NCBI GenBank assembly: GCA_964576115.1
Contig: CAZNUA010000018.1
Span: forward strand, 1 to 64,000
Origin: an uncultured Gemmatimonadota bacterium
GTDB taxonomy: Bacteria; Blakebacterota; Blakebacteria; Blakebacterales; Blakebacteraceae
Length of the DNA: 64,000 nucleotides
Reading direction: 5' to 3'
The stretch's first letter is position 1. Each line of letters opens with the position of its first letter. The notes under the pieces were generated by a model. The model saw only the letters and a program-made list of their open reading frames with translations. It ran no database searches and had not been told where the DNA came from. Of this stretch, positions 16,862 to 25,891 are shown piece after piece. The position numbers were made by a program, and so were the translations under genes.

Positions 16862-19561
16862 CTATTCCTGACGCACTGCCTGGACCGGATCGATGCGGGC
16901 CGCCCGGCGGGCCGGCTGGAGGGTGGCCAGCAGGGCGGTGGCGATCAGAAGAAGCGGGATGCCGACAAAGGTCACCGGATCGAGCGGCTGGATCCCGATC
17001 AGCAGCGCGGTGAGGCCCTGTGAGGCGGCCGCCGCGGTCGCCAGCCCGAGTCCGAGACCAACCGCAATCAGCCGAATGCTGTCGGTCAGAACCAATCGCA
17101 GGATCCGGCCCCGCCCGGCTCCCAGGGCGATCCGTATGCCCACCTCGCGGGTGCGCCGGGCCGTCTCCAGGGCGATCACGCCGTAGAGACCGGTGATCCC
17201 CAGCAGCAGAGCCGTCAGCCCCAGGGCGCCGGCGATGCTCCCGACCAACCGGGGCAGGAAGAGCATGATTCCCAGGTACTCGGAGACCGGTTTGAGATCG
17301 AAGGGGGGCAGGTCGGGATTGATCTCGCGCAACACGTTCCTGATGGCGGGAATCAGCGGCCGCGCGTCCTCACGGGTCCTGACCACGGCGTAGGAGAAAT
17401 CGGCCTGAAAGGCGTGCTGGAACTGTGCCCGGTAGAAGTACGGTCGCGCGGCTTCACCCAGAGTGCGGTACTTCCCGTCAGCCGCCACGCCCACAATCGT
17501 ATATGTTCTGTCTCGACGGCCGATCTGGATCTGGCGTCCGATCGGATTCAAGCCGGGCCAACACCGCTCGGCGAAGGTCCGGTTGATGACAGCGACCAGA
17601 GGAGCTCCCGCGACGTCGGTCGTCGAAATGGCTCGCCCCTGTTCGATCGCGATTCCCATCGCCCGGAAATAGTCGGGACCGACGTCCGAGGTCTGGATCG
17701 ACAACTCGGATTCGGCCTCGACGGTCGGAGAATCGGAAACATAGACCAGGTTGATGCTCTTGCTGAAATCCAGCGGCAGGCAGTCGGTGAAGGCGACCGC
17801 TTCAACACCGGGCAAAGCGCCGAGGCGGCTTTTAACCTCCTGCAGGTAGGTCCGCGCCTGCGAGGCCTCGAAACCGCTGAGTTCGAGGGGGAGTTGCATG
17901 ACCACGCCCGAACGCAGATCGAAGCCCCGATCGACCGCAGCGGCTCGCTGCAGACTGTGCAGGAAGAGGCCGGTGCAGATCAGGAGCAAGGTCGAGACCG
18001 TCACCTGGGCGGCGATCAGCAGGTTTGTGAGACCGAAGCGTCGGTAGTGGATCGCCGGGCCGGTATCGCTCCCTTTCAGGATCTCCACGAGGTTCGGATC
18101 AGACGCCTTGCGGGCCGGGAGCAGTCCGAAGATGATCCCCGTCACGAGGGTCAGGATACAGGCGAAGAAAACTGCCTGCAGGTCGAGGCCGAAGGCCAGG
18201 TTGAGCGGCAGCGGCAGGGGCAGGCGCAGGGCCAGCAGCAGCTCGATCAGGCCGTGCGCGATCGCCACGCCGGCGAGCCCGCCCCCCAGTGCCAGCAGGA
18301 GACTTTCGGTCAACATCTGACGGACCAGCCGCCCGCGCCCGGCTCCGATCGCGAGTCGGATCCCGATCTCACGGCGGCGAGTCGAAGCCCGGGCCAGCAT
18401 GATACTGGCCAGGTTGGTGCAGGCGATGAGGATCACCAGCCCCACCAGGCCCATCAGGAAGAGGGAAAGCATTCTGATGGCCTGATCGATCTCGGGGGTG
18501 AGGATCGCATCCTTCGACGGGATCGCCGTCAACCGGAATTCCTGAGTCCCCGGGTACTGCTCGTTCATCCGGGCACCCAGTGCCTCGATGACCTGGCGGG
18601 CTTGAGCGAGTTCGATCCCGTCACGCAGCCGTCCCTTGGCCCAGAAGGTTCGCCGGTTGGGATCTGACAGGGCATCGTCACCGGGGCCGATGAGATGGCG
18701 GTGAGCCAACGGAACCCAGAAATCAACGGCGAGCGGGAACATGCCGACGAAATCGGGGGCGGCGACACCGACGACGGTAAAGGGATGCCCGCCGAGACGC
18801 AGGGCGCGTCCGACGATCTCGGGATCGGCGCCGTAGCGCTGCCGCCAGCAGTCGTGGGAGAGGACCACGATCGGATCGGTCCCGGGCCGGTCGTCTTCAT
18901 CGGTGATGAAGATCCGCCCCAGCGCCGGTCCGACACCAAGGACATCGAAGTAATTGGCGGTCGCGAACTCGTGGAAGACCATCTCGCTCTCATCGCCCCG
19001 ATCGAGCAGGCTGATGGAGATCTCGTAAAGAAAGAGGTCGTCGAGGACGTCGGTGGTGCCGGTCCGCAGGGCCAGGTAATCGGCATAGGAGAGCTGCATG
19101 CCCCAGTAGCTGTCGTTCGGTCCGATCAGGACGAGTTCGTGAGCCTCGGTGACGCCGCGATCGTCATCGAAGAGGGTGGTGTAGATACTGTAGATAGCCG
19201 TATCGGCCCCGATCCCGACCGCCAGAGAGAGGATCGCGACCAGCACGAAGCCGGGACTTTTCCTGAGGGTGCGCAGGGTGTAGCGCAGATCGTGGCGGAA
19301 TCCGTCGAAGGAGCCGGTCAACCGGAACCGGTACTCCCGCCGCCGGCTTTTCTGCCGGCAGTAGGTGCGCGTCACCTCTATATCGCCGAATTCCCGTCGT
19401 GCTTCGTTCCGGGCGGTCTCCTCATCTATACCCGCGGCTACCAGCTCGTCGATCCGCCGTTCGATGTGAAAAGCGAGTTCGGTATCGACATCGGCCCGGG
19501 CCTGTTCGGCCGCTCGTCGAGGAATGCGCAGAAACCGCCTGATGGCATCGAATGCGGCCAT
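16862..19561 (-). CDS. ADOP-type duplicated ABC permease #4
   Basis: Prefix ELAFHIE...ARREFGD, then LIACTNLASIMLAR, REIGIRLAIGA. C-terminus DPVQAVRQE. Confidence 0.9.
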   Translation of the reverse strand: MAAFDAIRRFLRIPRRAAEQARADVDTELAFHIERRIDELVAAGIDEETARNEARREFGDIEVTRTYCRQKSRRREYRFRLTGSFDGFRHDLRYTLRTLRKSPGFVLVAILSLAVGIGADTAIYSIYTTLFDDDRGVTEAHELVLIGPNDSYWGMQLSYADYLALRTGTTDVLDDLFLYEISISLLDRGDESEMVFHEFATANYFDVLGVGPALGRIFITDEDDRPGTDPIVVLSHDCWRQRYGADPEIVGRALRLGGHPFTVVGVAAPDFVGMFPLAVDFWVPLAHRHLIGPGDDALSDPNRRTFWAKGRLRDGIELAQARQVIEALGARMNEQYPGTQEFRLTAIPSKDAILTPEIDQAIRMLSLFLMGLVGLVILIACTNLASIMLARASTRRREIGIRLAIGAGRGRLVRQMLTESLLLALGGGLAGVAIAHGLIELLLALRLPLPLPLNLAFGLDLQAVFFACILTLVTGIIFGLLPARKASDPNLVEILKGSDTGPAIHYRRFGLTNLLIAAQVTVSTLLLICTGLFLHSLQRAAAVDRGFDLRSGVVMQLPLELSGFEASQARTYLQEVKSRLGALPGVEAVAFTDCLPLDFSKSINLVYVSDSPTVEAESELSIQTSDVGPDYFRAMGIAIEQGRAISTTDVAGAPLVAVINRTFAERCWPGLNPIGRQIQIGRRDRTYTIVGVAADGKYRTLGEAARPYFYRAQFQHAFQADFSYAVVRTREDARPLIPAIRNVLREINPDLPPFDLKPVSEYLGIMLFLPRLVGSIAGALGLTALLLGITGLYGVIALETARRTREVGIRIALGAGRGRILRLVLTDSIRLIAVGLGLGLATAAAASQGLTALLIGIQPLDPVTFVGIPLLLIATALLATLQPARRAARIDPVQAVRQE

Positions 19562-19562
19562 C

Positions 19563-19901
19563 TCAGACCTCCCCGGCCGGATCGAGGATCTGCGAGACGG
19601 CCCGGGAGTATTTCGCCCAGGCTTTCATCTCGCGGGCCAGCTGCTTGCGGCCGATCGCCGTCAGGGCGTAGTACTTGGCCCGCCGGTTGTTTTCGGACAA
19701 GCCCCAGGTCGAGGTCAGCCAGCCCTTGTTCTCGATCCGGTGCAGGGCCTGGTAGAGGGCCGCGTCTTCGAGCCCGAGCACGCCCTCGGACCGCTCCTTG
19801 ATCGCCTTCGAGATGGCGAAGCCGTGCTTGGCTCCTGACACCAGCGTCTTGAGGATCATGACGTCGACCGTACCCTGGATCAGGTTCATGCTCTCACCCA
19901 C
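19563..19901 (-). CDS. PadR-family regulator (ADOP-associated type)
   Basis: QGTVDVMILKTL, KHGFAI, AALYQALHRI, SENNRRAKYY. Confidence 0.93.
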   Translation of the reverse strand: MGESMNLIQGTVDVMILKTLVSGAKHGFAISKAIKERSEGVLGLEDAALYQALHRIENKGWLTSTWGLSENNRRAKYYALTAIGRKQLAREMKAWAKYSRAVSQILDPAGEV

Positions 19902-19922
19902 AGCGGATCCTCCTCGTCGCTA

Positions 19923-19983
19923 TACCCCTCACATGATGAGGGGACTCAATGGGTGTATACGCCAGGGGCGGGGGAAAGGTTGC
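19923..19983 (-). promoter_or_regulatory. ECF-type promoter plus palindromic operator upstream of PadR
   Basis: GCAAC-N17-CGTAT (19983-19957, minus). Perfect CCCCTCA-CATGA-TGAGGGG (19925-19943). Confidence 0.68.
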
Positions 19984-20040
19984 GGTCGCTGCTGTCGCGG
20001 CTTGAGCCGTCAGTACATAAAGACGTCTGAAAACAGTGGG

Positions 20041-21342
20041 TCACTCATCAATGACCAGCCGGAAGCGCTTCACGGTCGGGAAACCTTCGGGCGAATCGCA
20101 GCAGGCCACGATCGTCTCGCCGCGGATGTACGGTTCGGCGATACCGAGGCCGAGCCGGAAGCCGTCGGGCACGATCACCTCGCCGAGATAGCGACCCTCG
20201 AAATCGAAGACATCCATGATCGGAGCATCCGACCAATAGGGATCGAGGTACGACTGGAACGGATTTGCTTCGGGATCGGGTTCCCGGTCCTCATGCGTGC
20301 GCCCCGGTCCCGGGCGCTGGACCCACAGGCGGCCGGTGGGATCGAGGATGAAATCTGAATAGGCCGGTTTGGTGTCGGGAATCGGCGGGCCGTTCCAGAC
20401 CCAGCCCGGCTGGGCCACCCGCATGCCGGCTGCGGTCAGTGCCCGCCACCACTCCTTTTCCTCAGTCTGCACCCGCACCGGTTCGCAGGCGCGTTCGATG
20501 ACGAGCTGGCGTCCACCAGGAAAAGACAGGGTGATCCTGAAACTCTCGCTGATCCCGGCTGCGATGACGCCGTTGTGCCCCGAGTTCCAGACCACGTCGG
20601 GCGCGAAGGGGACGGCCGAAGCGTTCATGCCGCCCCCCTCCTCGACATTGGTTACCACCGGCTGTTCGTAGTCGAAGTCGGGAATCGCGATAGTGTCGCC
20701 GGTGGCGCCCTCGGGACCGAAGCCGATCAGAGCTCTCTGCCACTCATCGATCGGTTCGAACGGATTCAGGATGCCGGGGGTGAGCAGGACGCCGGTGTCG
20801 GTGAAGCGCATCGAATAGCCGTACGAGACACTGGTGACATACGGCCAGCTCATCAGGTACTCACCGGCCGGGCTGTACACGTTGAACCGGTGCCCCCGCC
20901 CGTCGCGGATCACCAGACGACCGTCGCTGGGATGCACGGCCAGGGCCCGCGGGCGGACGTATTCGCCGGGTCCCTGTCCCGCCCGACCGATGTCGGTCAG
21001 GTAATTGCCCTCCAGATCGTAGGCTCTGATGATCGGCCCCACCCGGTCGATGAGATAGATCCGGTCATTGCCGGCGGTGAGAGCCTCGACCTGGCCGATG
21101 AGGTGTTCTTCGGGACCGTCGGCGGTCCCGATCGAGGCTTCTTCGACCAGCCGGGCCGGTCCCTTCCAGACCGAACCGGAGAGAGTGCGTACGGTCGTGA
21201 TCAATCCATCGGTCGAGGTCTCAAACCGCCACTCTCCGCTCCCGATGTCGGACCGGCCCGAGCAGGCCCCGGTCAGGAGGATGGCAGCGAGACAGAAGGA
21301 GACTACTGCGAAACGGGCAGGAGAGAGATCGGGGAGACTCAT
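20041..21342 (-). CDS. 6-bladed beta-propeller (NHL-like) lipoprotein
   Basis: Lipobox-like LTGAC. Motifs IGRAGQGPGE, DPTGRLWV, DVFD-x-x-GRYLG. Paralog of 58993-60306. Confidence 0.8.
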   Translation of the reverse strand: MSLPDLSPARFAVVSFCLAAILLTGACSGRSDIGSGEWRFETSTDGLITTVRTLSGSVWKGPARLVEEASIGTADGPEEHLIGQVEALTAGNDRIYLIDRVGPIIRAYDLEGNYLTDIGRAGQGPGEYVRPRALAVHPSDGRLVIRDGRGHRFNVYSPAGEYLMSWPYVTSVSYGYSMRFTDTGVLLTPGILNPFEPIDEWQRALIGFGPEGATGDTIAIPDFDYEQPVVTNVEEGGGMNASAVPFAPDVVWNSGHNGVIAAGISESFRITLSFPGGRQLVIERACEPVRVQTEEKEWWRALTAAGMRVAQPGWVWNGPPIPDTKPAYSDFILDPTGRLWVQRPGPGRTHEDREPDPEANPFQSYLDPYWSDAPIMDVFDFEGRYLGEVIVPDGFRLGLGIAEPYIRGETIVACCDSPEGFPTVKRFRLVIDE

Positions 21343-21373
21343 GCGAACCCATCCTGTGTGATTGCGCGCCGGT

Positions 21374-21796
21374 TCATCCGGAGAACGGTTTCGTATCGGT
21401 ATGGGAGAGAACGTGCAGCCCCGGCACCCGGCGGAATTCCGTGACATTCCGGCTGACCAGCGGCAGGTCGAAGGCAACTGCGGTAGCCGCGATCCAGAGA
21501 TCGTTGGCGCCGATCAACATGCCGTTCTGCCGCAGAAATCTGTAGATCCGGCCGTACTCCCAGGCCACGTCACGGTCAATGGGGAGGACGTCGAAGGGTG
21601 AGAGGAAGGTTTCCCAGCGGCTCTGCCCGTCGGGGGGAAGACCGGCCGCCAGTTCCCCGGCCACCGTTGCGGTTGTATAGAGCGGTTCAAAGGCGTGTTC
21701 GGTCAGGAAGGAGTGCGCGGGCCCTTCGCTACCCTGTGCCAGTTCGCGCTCCAGGTCGATCAGGAAGGTCGTTTCGAGGATCAGTCCGCCGCCCAT
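21374..21796 (-). CDS. vapC: VapC-family PIN-domain toxin
   Basis: LILETTFLID, TVAGEL-x-x-G, IGANDLWIAATA, LVSRN-x-x-EF-x-RVPGL. Confidence 0.9.
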   Translation of the reverse strand: MGGGLILETTFLIDLERELAQGSEGPAHSFLTEHAFEPLYTTATVAGELAAGLPPDGQSRWETFLSPFDVLPIDRDVAWEYGRIYRFLRQNGMLIGANDLWIAATAVAFDLPLVSRNVTEFRRVPGLHVLSHTDTKPFSG

Positions 21797-22029
21797 TTGT
21801 CCTCCGGCGGACGGACGGTCCGCTTGGCGTCTTCGATGGCCCTGAGTTCCTCGGTTCGGTAGAGCGGCCCTCGTTCCCTGACGTGCTGGAGCAACTCGGC
21901 ACCGGTATACGGCTGGTCGTCCCAGCGGGCCCGCATGATGACGTCGCTGAAGGATTCCGACGGTTCCCGCTTCGCCCGCCGCAGGCGTTCGTAGGCTTCA
22001 ATCCGTACTGATATCGTTTTCGTTGCCAT
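21781..22029 (-). CDS. vapB: VapB-type antitoxin (ribbon-helix-helix-like)
   Basis: MATKTISV-x-x-EAYERL-x-x-x-K...ESFSDVI-x-R signature. Lies upstream of, and overlaps, vapC. Confidence 0.85.
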   Translation of the reverse strand: MATKTISVRIEAYERLRRAKREPSESFSDVIMRARWDDQPYTGAELLQHVRERGPLYRTEELRAIEDAKRTVRPPEDKWAAD

Positions 22030-22064
22030 ACACAGACAATACACAGACTGTGCATATCCGTCAA
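22028..22064 (-). promoter_or_regulatory. Sigma70 promoter of vapBC with repeated operator boxes
   Basis: TTGACG-N17-TATTGT, ending 6 nt before the ATG. Direct repeat ATACACAGAC twice (22028-22037, 22039-22048), followed by the inverted TGTGCAT. Confidence 0.65.
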
Positions 22065-22103
22065 GGTGATGGTCCTTCCATCATTCTCAGATCTCCCTCG
22101 TTC

Positions 22104-23561
22104 TCACACCTCCCCGTTTCGGGCCCGACGTGTCAGCAGGCTGACGCCCACAATCGCGAACAGGGCCGCGGGAAAGGCCACGATCAGTTCGTACAGCCCG
22201 GTCGGACCGGCCAGGAACTGTTTCCAGACGATCACCACCACCGCCCCGGTGATCATCCCGGCCGCGATCCCGGCCCGGGTCGTGCGCTTCCAGTACAGGG
22301 CGAGGATCAGGGCGGGACCGAAAGCGGCGCCAAGTCCCCCCCAGGCGAAGAGCACCAGCCAGAAGACCAGGTCCTGGGCGGTCCAGGCCACGATGAGGGC
22401 CACCAGACCGGCGCCGATCACCACCCAGCGGCTCAGCCGCAGCTTGACGGCTTCGCTCATTTCCCCGCGCCGGCGCAGAACCTTCTCGTACAGATCGCGG
22501 ACCACGGTGGAAGCCACCACCAGCAGCTGTGAATCCACCGTGGAGAGGATGGCGGCGAAGATCCCGCCGATGAGCAGACCGTAGAGAATGGGACCGAAGT
22601 AGTCGGAGGCGAGAACCAGGAAGACCAGCTCGGGATCGGCCTCGGGCAGGTTTTCGGCCAGCGGTACCACGGCCCGTCCCAGCAGACCGATGAAGACCGC
22701 TCCCCAACCCAGGATCACGTTCCAGATCGTCCCGATCACCGCCGCCGAGCGCAGCCGGGCCGGATCGTTGACCGACATGTAGCGGACCACGATATGGGGC
22801 TGGCCCGGCGAACCGAGACCGATTCCCAGGAAGCCGATCAGGGCGCCGAAACCGATCGAGACCGGATCGATCAGGGCCGGGTTGAGCTGATTGAGCACCT
22901 CGAGCAGAGCCCTGACACCCCCGATGCGGACGAAGCCGTAGATGGGGAAGAGCACCAGGCCGATGATCATGATCACCGCCCGCACTACATCGTTGTAGGC
23001 CACGGCGATGTAGCCGCCCATGACCATGTACACGAGGATCAGTACCCCCGAGATGGCCAGGGCGAGGAGCAGGTCGACATTCAGGGCCGTGCTCAGGGCC
23101 TTGGCACCGGCATTGAACTGGGCGGCCACATAGGCGGTCAGGAAGATGCCGATGATCACGACCCCGATGATGCGGATGAGGTGGCGGCGGTCAGCGAAAC
23201 GGGATTCGAAATAATCGAGCAGGGTCAGGGAATCGTACCCCTCGGTGGCCTGACGCAGGGGGCGGCCGAGGAAGATGAACTGGAAGAGTTCGGCCAGGAT
23301 GTACCCGGCCACGGCCCAGACCGCACCCACCCCCGAGACATAGGCCATGCCGCTCACGCCCAGGACCAGCCACGAGGAGCGGCCCGAACTAACCGCCGAG
23401 AGGGCCACCACCAGTTTGTCCATGGCCCGGCCGCCGATCAGGAAATCGGACTGGCTGCGGGTCCGGCGCAGGGTCAGGATGCCGATCAGGATCGGCAGGG
23501 AGAGAGTCAGCAGGAAGATCGTCAGGGCGACCGGGTCGGCCAGTTTCTCATACGTCTCCAT
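22104..23561 (-). CDS. putP: Sodium:solute symporter, PutP-like (Na+/proline)
   Basis: DFLIGGR, ALSAVSSGRSSW, TLLDYFESRF, GQPHIVVRYM, AAILSTVDSQLL, AWGGLGAAFGP. Substrate not verified. Confidence 0.8.
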   Translation of the reverse strand: METYEKLADPVALTIFLLTLSLPILIGILTLRRTRSQSDFLIGGRAMDKLVVALSAVSSGRSSWLVLGVSGMAYVSGVGAVWAVAGYILAELFQFIFLGRPLRQATEGYDSLTLLDYFESRFADRRHLIRIIGVVIIGIFLTAYVAAQFNAGAKALSTALNVDLLLALAISGVLILVYMVMGGYIAVAYNDVVRAVIMIIGLVLFPIYGFVRIGGVRALLEVLNQLNPALIDPVSIGFGALIGFLGIGLGSPGQPHIVVRYMSVNDPARLRSAAVIGTIWNVILGWGAVFIGLLGRAVVPLAENLPEADPELVFLVLASDYFGPILYGLLIGGIFAAILSTVDSQLLVVASTVVRDLYEKVLRRRGEMSEAVKLRLSRWVVIGAGLVALIVAWTAQDLVFWLVLFAWGGLGAAFGPALILALYWKRTTRAGIAAGMITGAVVVIVWKQFLAGPTGLYELIVAFPAALFAIVGVSLLTRRARNGEV

Positions 23562-23667
23562 CGAACCCGCCTTTCTTCCCCCGTTCGCGGGTAACGACGT
23601 AGAGCAGGAAAGCGAGACCGATGATCAGCAGCGGCAGCAGGAAGAGGACGAGTCTGGCTCCGAGCAT
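23548..23667 (-). CDS. 39-aa single-TM small protein overlapping the symporter start (absent from the ORF track)
   Basis: MLGARLVLFLLPLLIIGLAFLLYVVTRERGKKGGFDGDV*. GGAGG RBS. Overlaps the symporter start by 14 nt. Confidence 0.7.
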   Translation of the reverse strand: MLGARLVLFLLPLLIIGLAFLLYVVTRERGKKGGFDGDV

Positions 23668-23920
23668 GCGGTGATCCTCCGGTTGGTATCCCCCCAGAGG
23701 CTAATCGGATTCGAGTCCGGGCGCCTACCCCTTTTCGGTCGGCGGCGCGTACCCGGACCGGCCCAGTCCAGCGCCCGTGCCGATCCGTCATGGACGTCCA
23801 GAGCTGCTTTCATGGTTTCATATCCGACCGTTTCTGCCTGGTTCAGAGCTCGTTACGGGTCGTTTTCTTCGCTCGCCCCGGTCATCGGTGACGTGCCTCC
23901 AGGTGCATCACGGATCGATG

Positions 23921-25807
23921 TCAGGCCGGCCGGGTCAGCCAGACGACCTGGTAGGGGGCCAGGGTGAGCCGCAGTTCGCCGGCCGTGTCCGGGATCCTCA
24001 GGTCGGAGAGGGCATCCGACCAGGGCCCTGAACCTCCGTCGGCTGTTGCCGATGATAGGCTGATCTCGACCTCCCGGTCGGTGACGTTGATGAGGGAGAG
24101 GAGGTGGCTCGAGCCGTCGGGTGAGGTGCGCCGAACGGTAAAGACGGCGGGATCGGTCGGCACGATCCGCTGGGAGCCGTTGGGGTGCAGGGCGCGCAAC
24201 CCGATCCTCTTTTCGATCAGTCGGGCAAAGGCGGTCACGATGGCATGGGTGGTCGAGGTGCGGTCGAGGCACTTCTGCAACAGTGCCGCGGCATCGATCG
24301 TGCGGCGGTTGATGCTCCGGGCGCTGCCGTCGGTCAGAACCGCGTCGAGATCGTTCTTCGAGCCGAAGAGACTGGGTAGATAGATACCCGGCACCCCGGC
24401 CAGAACCAGCCCGACGGCCCGACTGGCGACATAGCGCCGGACGGTGAGCGCGTCACCCTCGGGAGCGTCGACCGGTTTCAGGGCGCTGAACCAGGTGATG
24501 TTCATCTCATACGGGAGCAGGTTCCCCTCGCCGTCGTGCCGGTTGGTGATGAATCCGCCGCGGTGCAGGATCTGATCGATCATCCACTCGGTCTCTTCGC
24601 ACGGCAGGATGTCGCGGACCGGCAGCAGCGGGATGCCGTCATGGGAATCGAGGATGTTGAAGAAACAGGTCCGATTCGAGGGTGTCTCGAGTCCGCGGGC
24701 CCAGGCGGTCAGAGCCCGGCAGTCTCCTCTGAGGAAGGAGTAGAGTACCAGCGGCGGCAGGGCGAAGTTGTAGACCATCTGGGCCTCGTCGGTGCCGTCA
24801 CCGAAATAAGAGATGTTCTCGGTGTGGGGAATGTTCGATTCCGTGACCAGGGCGACCCGGGGAGCGACGGCATCCAGAACGGCCCGGAAGAGCCGGACCA
24901 GGGCGTGGGTCTGCTCCAGAAAGGCGCAGGAGGTGCCCAGTTCCCACCACAGGTAGGTCACGGCATCGATACGGATGATATCGGCTCCCCGGCGCACATA
25001 GGTGAGCAGCACCTCGATGATCTTCAGCAGAACCTGTTCGTTATGGAAGTTCAGGTCGATTTGATCGGGACTGAAGGTCGTCCAGACCCATTTCTCCCCC
25101 GAAAGGGAGGGGTAGGCTGTCAGCAGATCGCTGGCGCGCGGGCGCAGGATGAGCCGGCGGTGATCCTCGCCCAGAGCGGTCCGGGTCGAGAATCGGATGA
25201 AGAAATCCCGATAGTCGGGATTGTCGGCCAGGAATTCGCTGAACCAGCGACTCTTTGCCGAAATGTGATTGAAGACGCCGTCGAACATGAGCCGGTAGCC
25301 GGCCGCGAGTTCGTCGATGTCGTCCCAGGTCCCCAGTTCGGGATCGACCTGCTCGAAGTCGATGATCGAGAAGCCTCGGTCCGAAGAGGAGGGAAAGAAA
25401 GGCAGAATGTGAACCGTGTTCACGGCGCCCTTCAGAAAGGTCTTGAGGAAGCGGGCCAGGGATCGCAGGGGGGGGCTCCCCGCACTTGCCACGAGATCGC
25501 CGTAGGTGATGAGGATGATGTCCTGCTCGGTGAATCTGTCGGTGGGATCGACCCGGCTGTCACCGGCGATGATCTCGTCGGTCCGGAAGGCGTGGAAGAC
25601 CTGCAGAAGGCGTTCGAGTTCCGCCGCGCAGGCCGCGGATCGTTCCCGGCCGTAAAGGAAATCGAGTTCCCGCCTGAGAGACGCCCGCTGATCGGAGGCC
25701 AGGGATAGCGGCGCACGGGTGAAATCGGGTTCGGGCAGATATCTGCGGGTCACTTCAGGAGGTGCGAACGCATCCCCCCTGAAGACCGTCTCGCCGGGAT
25801 GATCCAT
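23921..25807 (-). CDS. GH13_18 sugar phosphorylase (sucrose phosphorylase family, probably glucosylglycerate phosphorylase-like)
   Basis: VHILPFFP-x-SSD-x-GF, DGVFNH-x-S, WTTFS-x-DQIDLN, RIDAV, TESN, SHDGI, PYEMN. Confidence 0.85.
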   Translation of the reverse strand: MDHPGETVFRGDAFAPPEVTRRYLPEPDFTRAPLSLASDQRASLRRELDFLYGRERSAACAAELERLLQVFHAFRTDEIIAGDSRVDPTDRFTEQDIILITYGDLVASAGSPPLRSLARFLKTFLKGAVNTVHILPFFPSSSDRGFSIIDFEQVDPELGTWDDIDELAAGYRLMFDGVFNHISAKSRWFSEFLADNPDYRDFFIRFSTRTALGEDHRRLILRPRASDLLTAYPSLSGEKWVWTTFSPDQIDLNFHNEQVLLKIIEVLLTYVRRGADIIRIDAVTYLWWELGTSCAFLEQTHALVRLFRAVLDAVAPRVALVTESNIPHTENISYFGDGTDEAQMVYNFALPPLVLYSFLRGDCRALTAWARGLETPSNRTCFFNILDSHDGIPLLPVRDILPCEETEWMIDQILHRGGFITNRHDGEGNLLPYEMNITWFSALKPVDAPEGDALTVRRYVASRAVGLVLAGVPGIYLPSLFGSKNDLDAVLTDGSARSINRRTIDAAALLQKCLDRTSTTHAIVTAFARLIEKRIGLRALHPNGSQRIVPTDPAVFTVRRTSPDGSSHLLSLINVTDREVEISLSSATADGGSGPWSDALSDLRIPDTAGELRLTLAPYQVVWLTRPA

Positions 25808-25891
25808 TCCCTCCTCCCGTGGGCGCAGGGGTCTGTTCGGTCGAGAAGGATACAGGCCGGATCCCCGGTGGTTCAATCGCCGGTCGGGACA

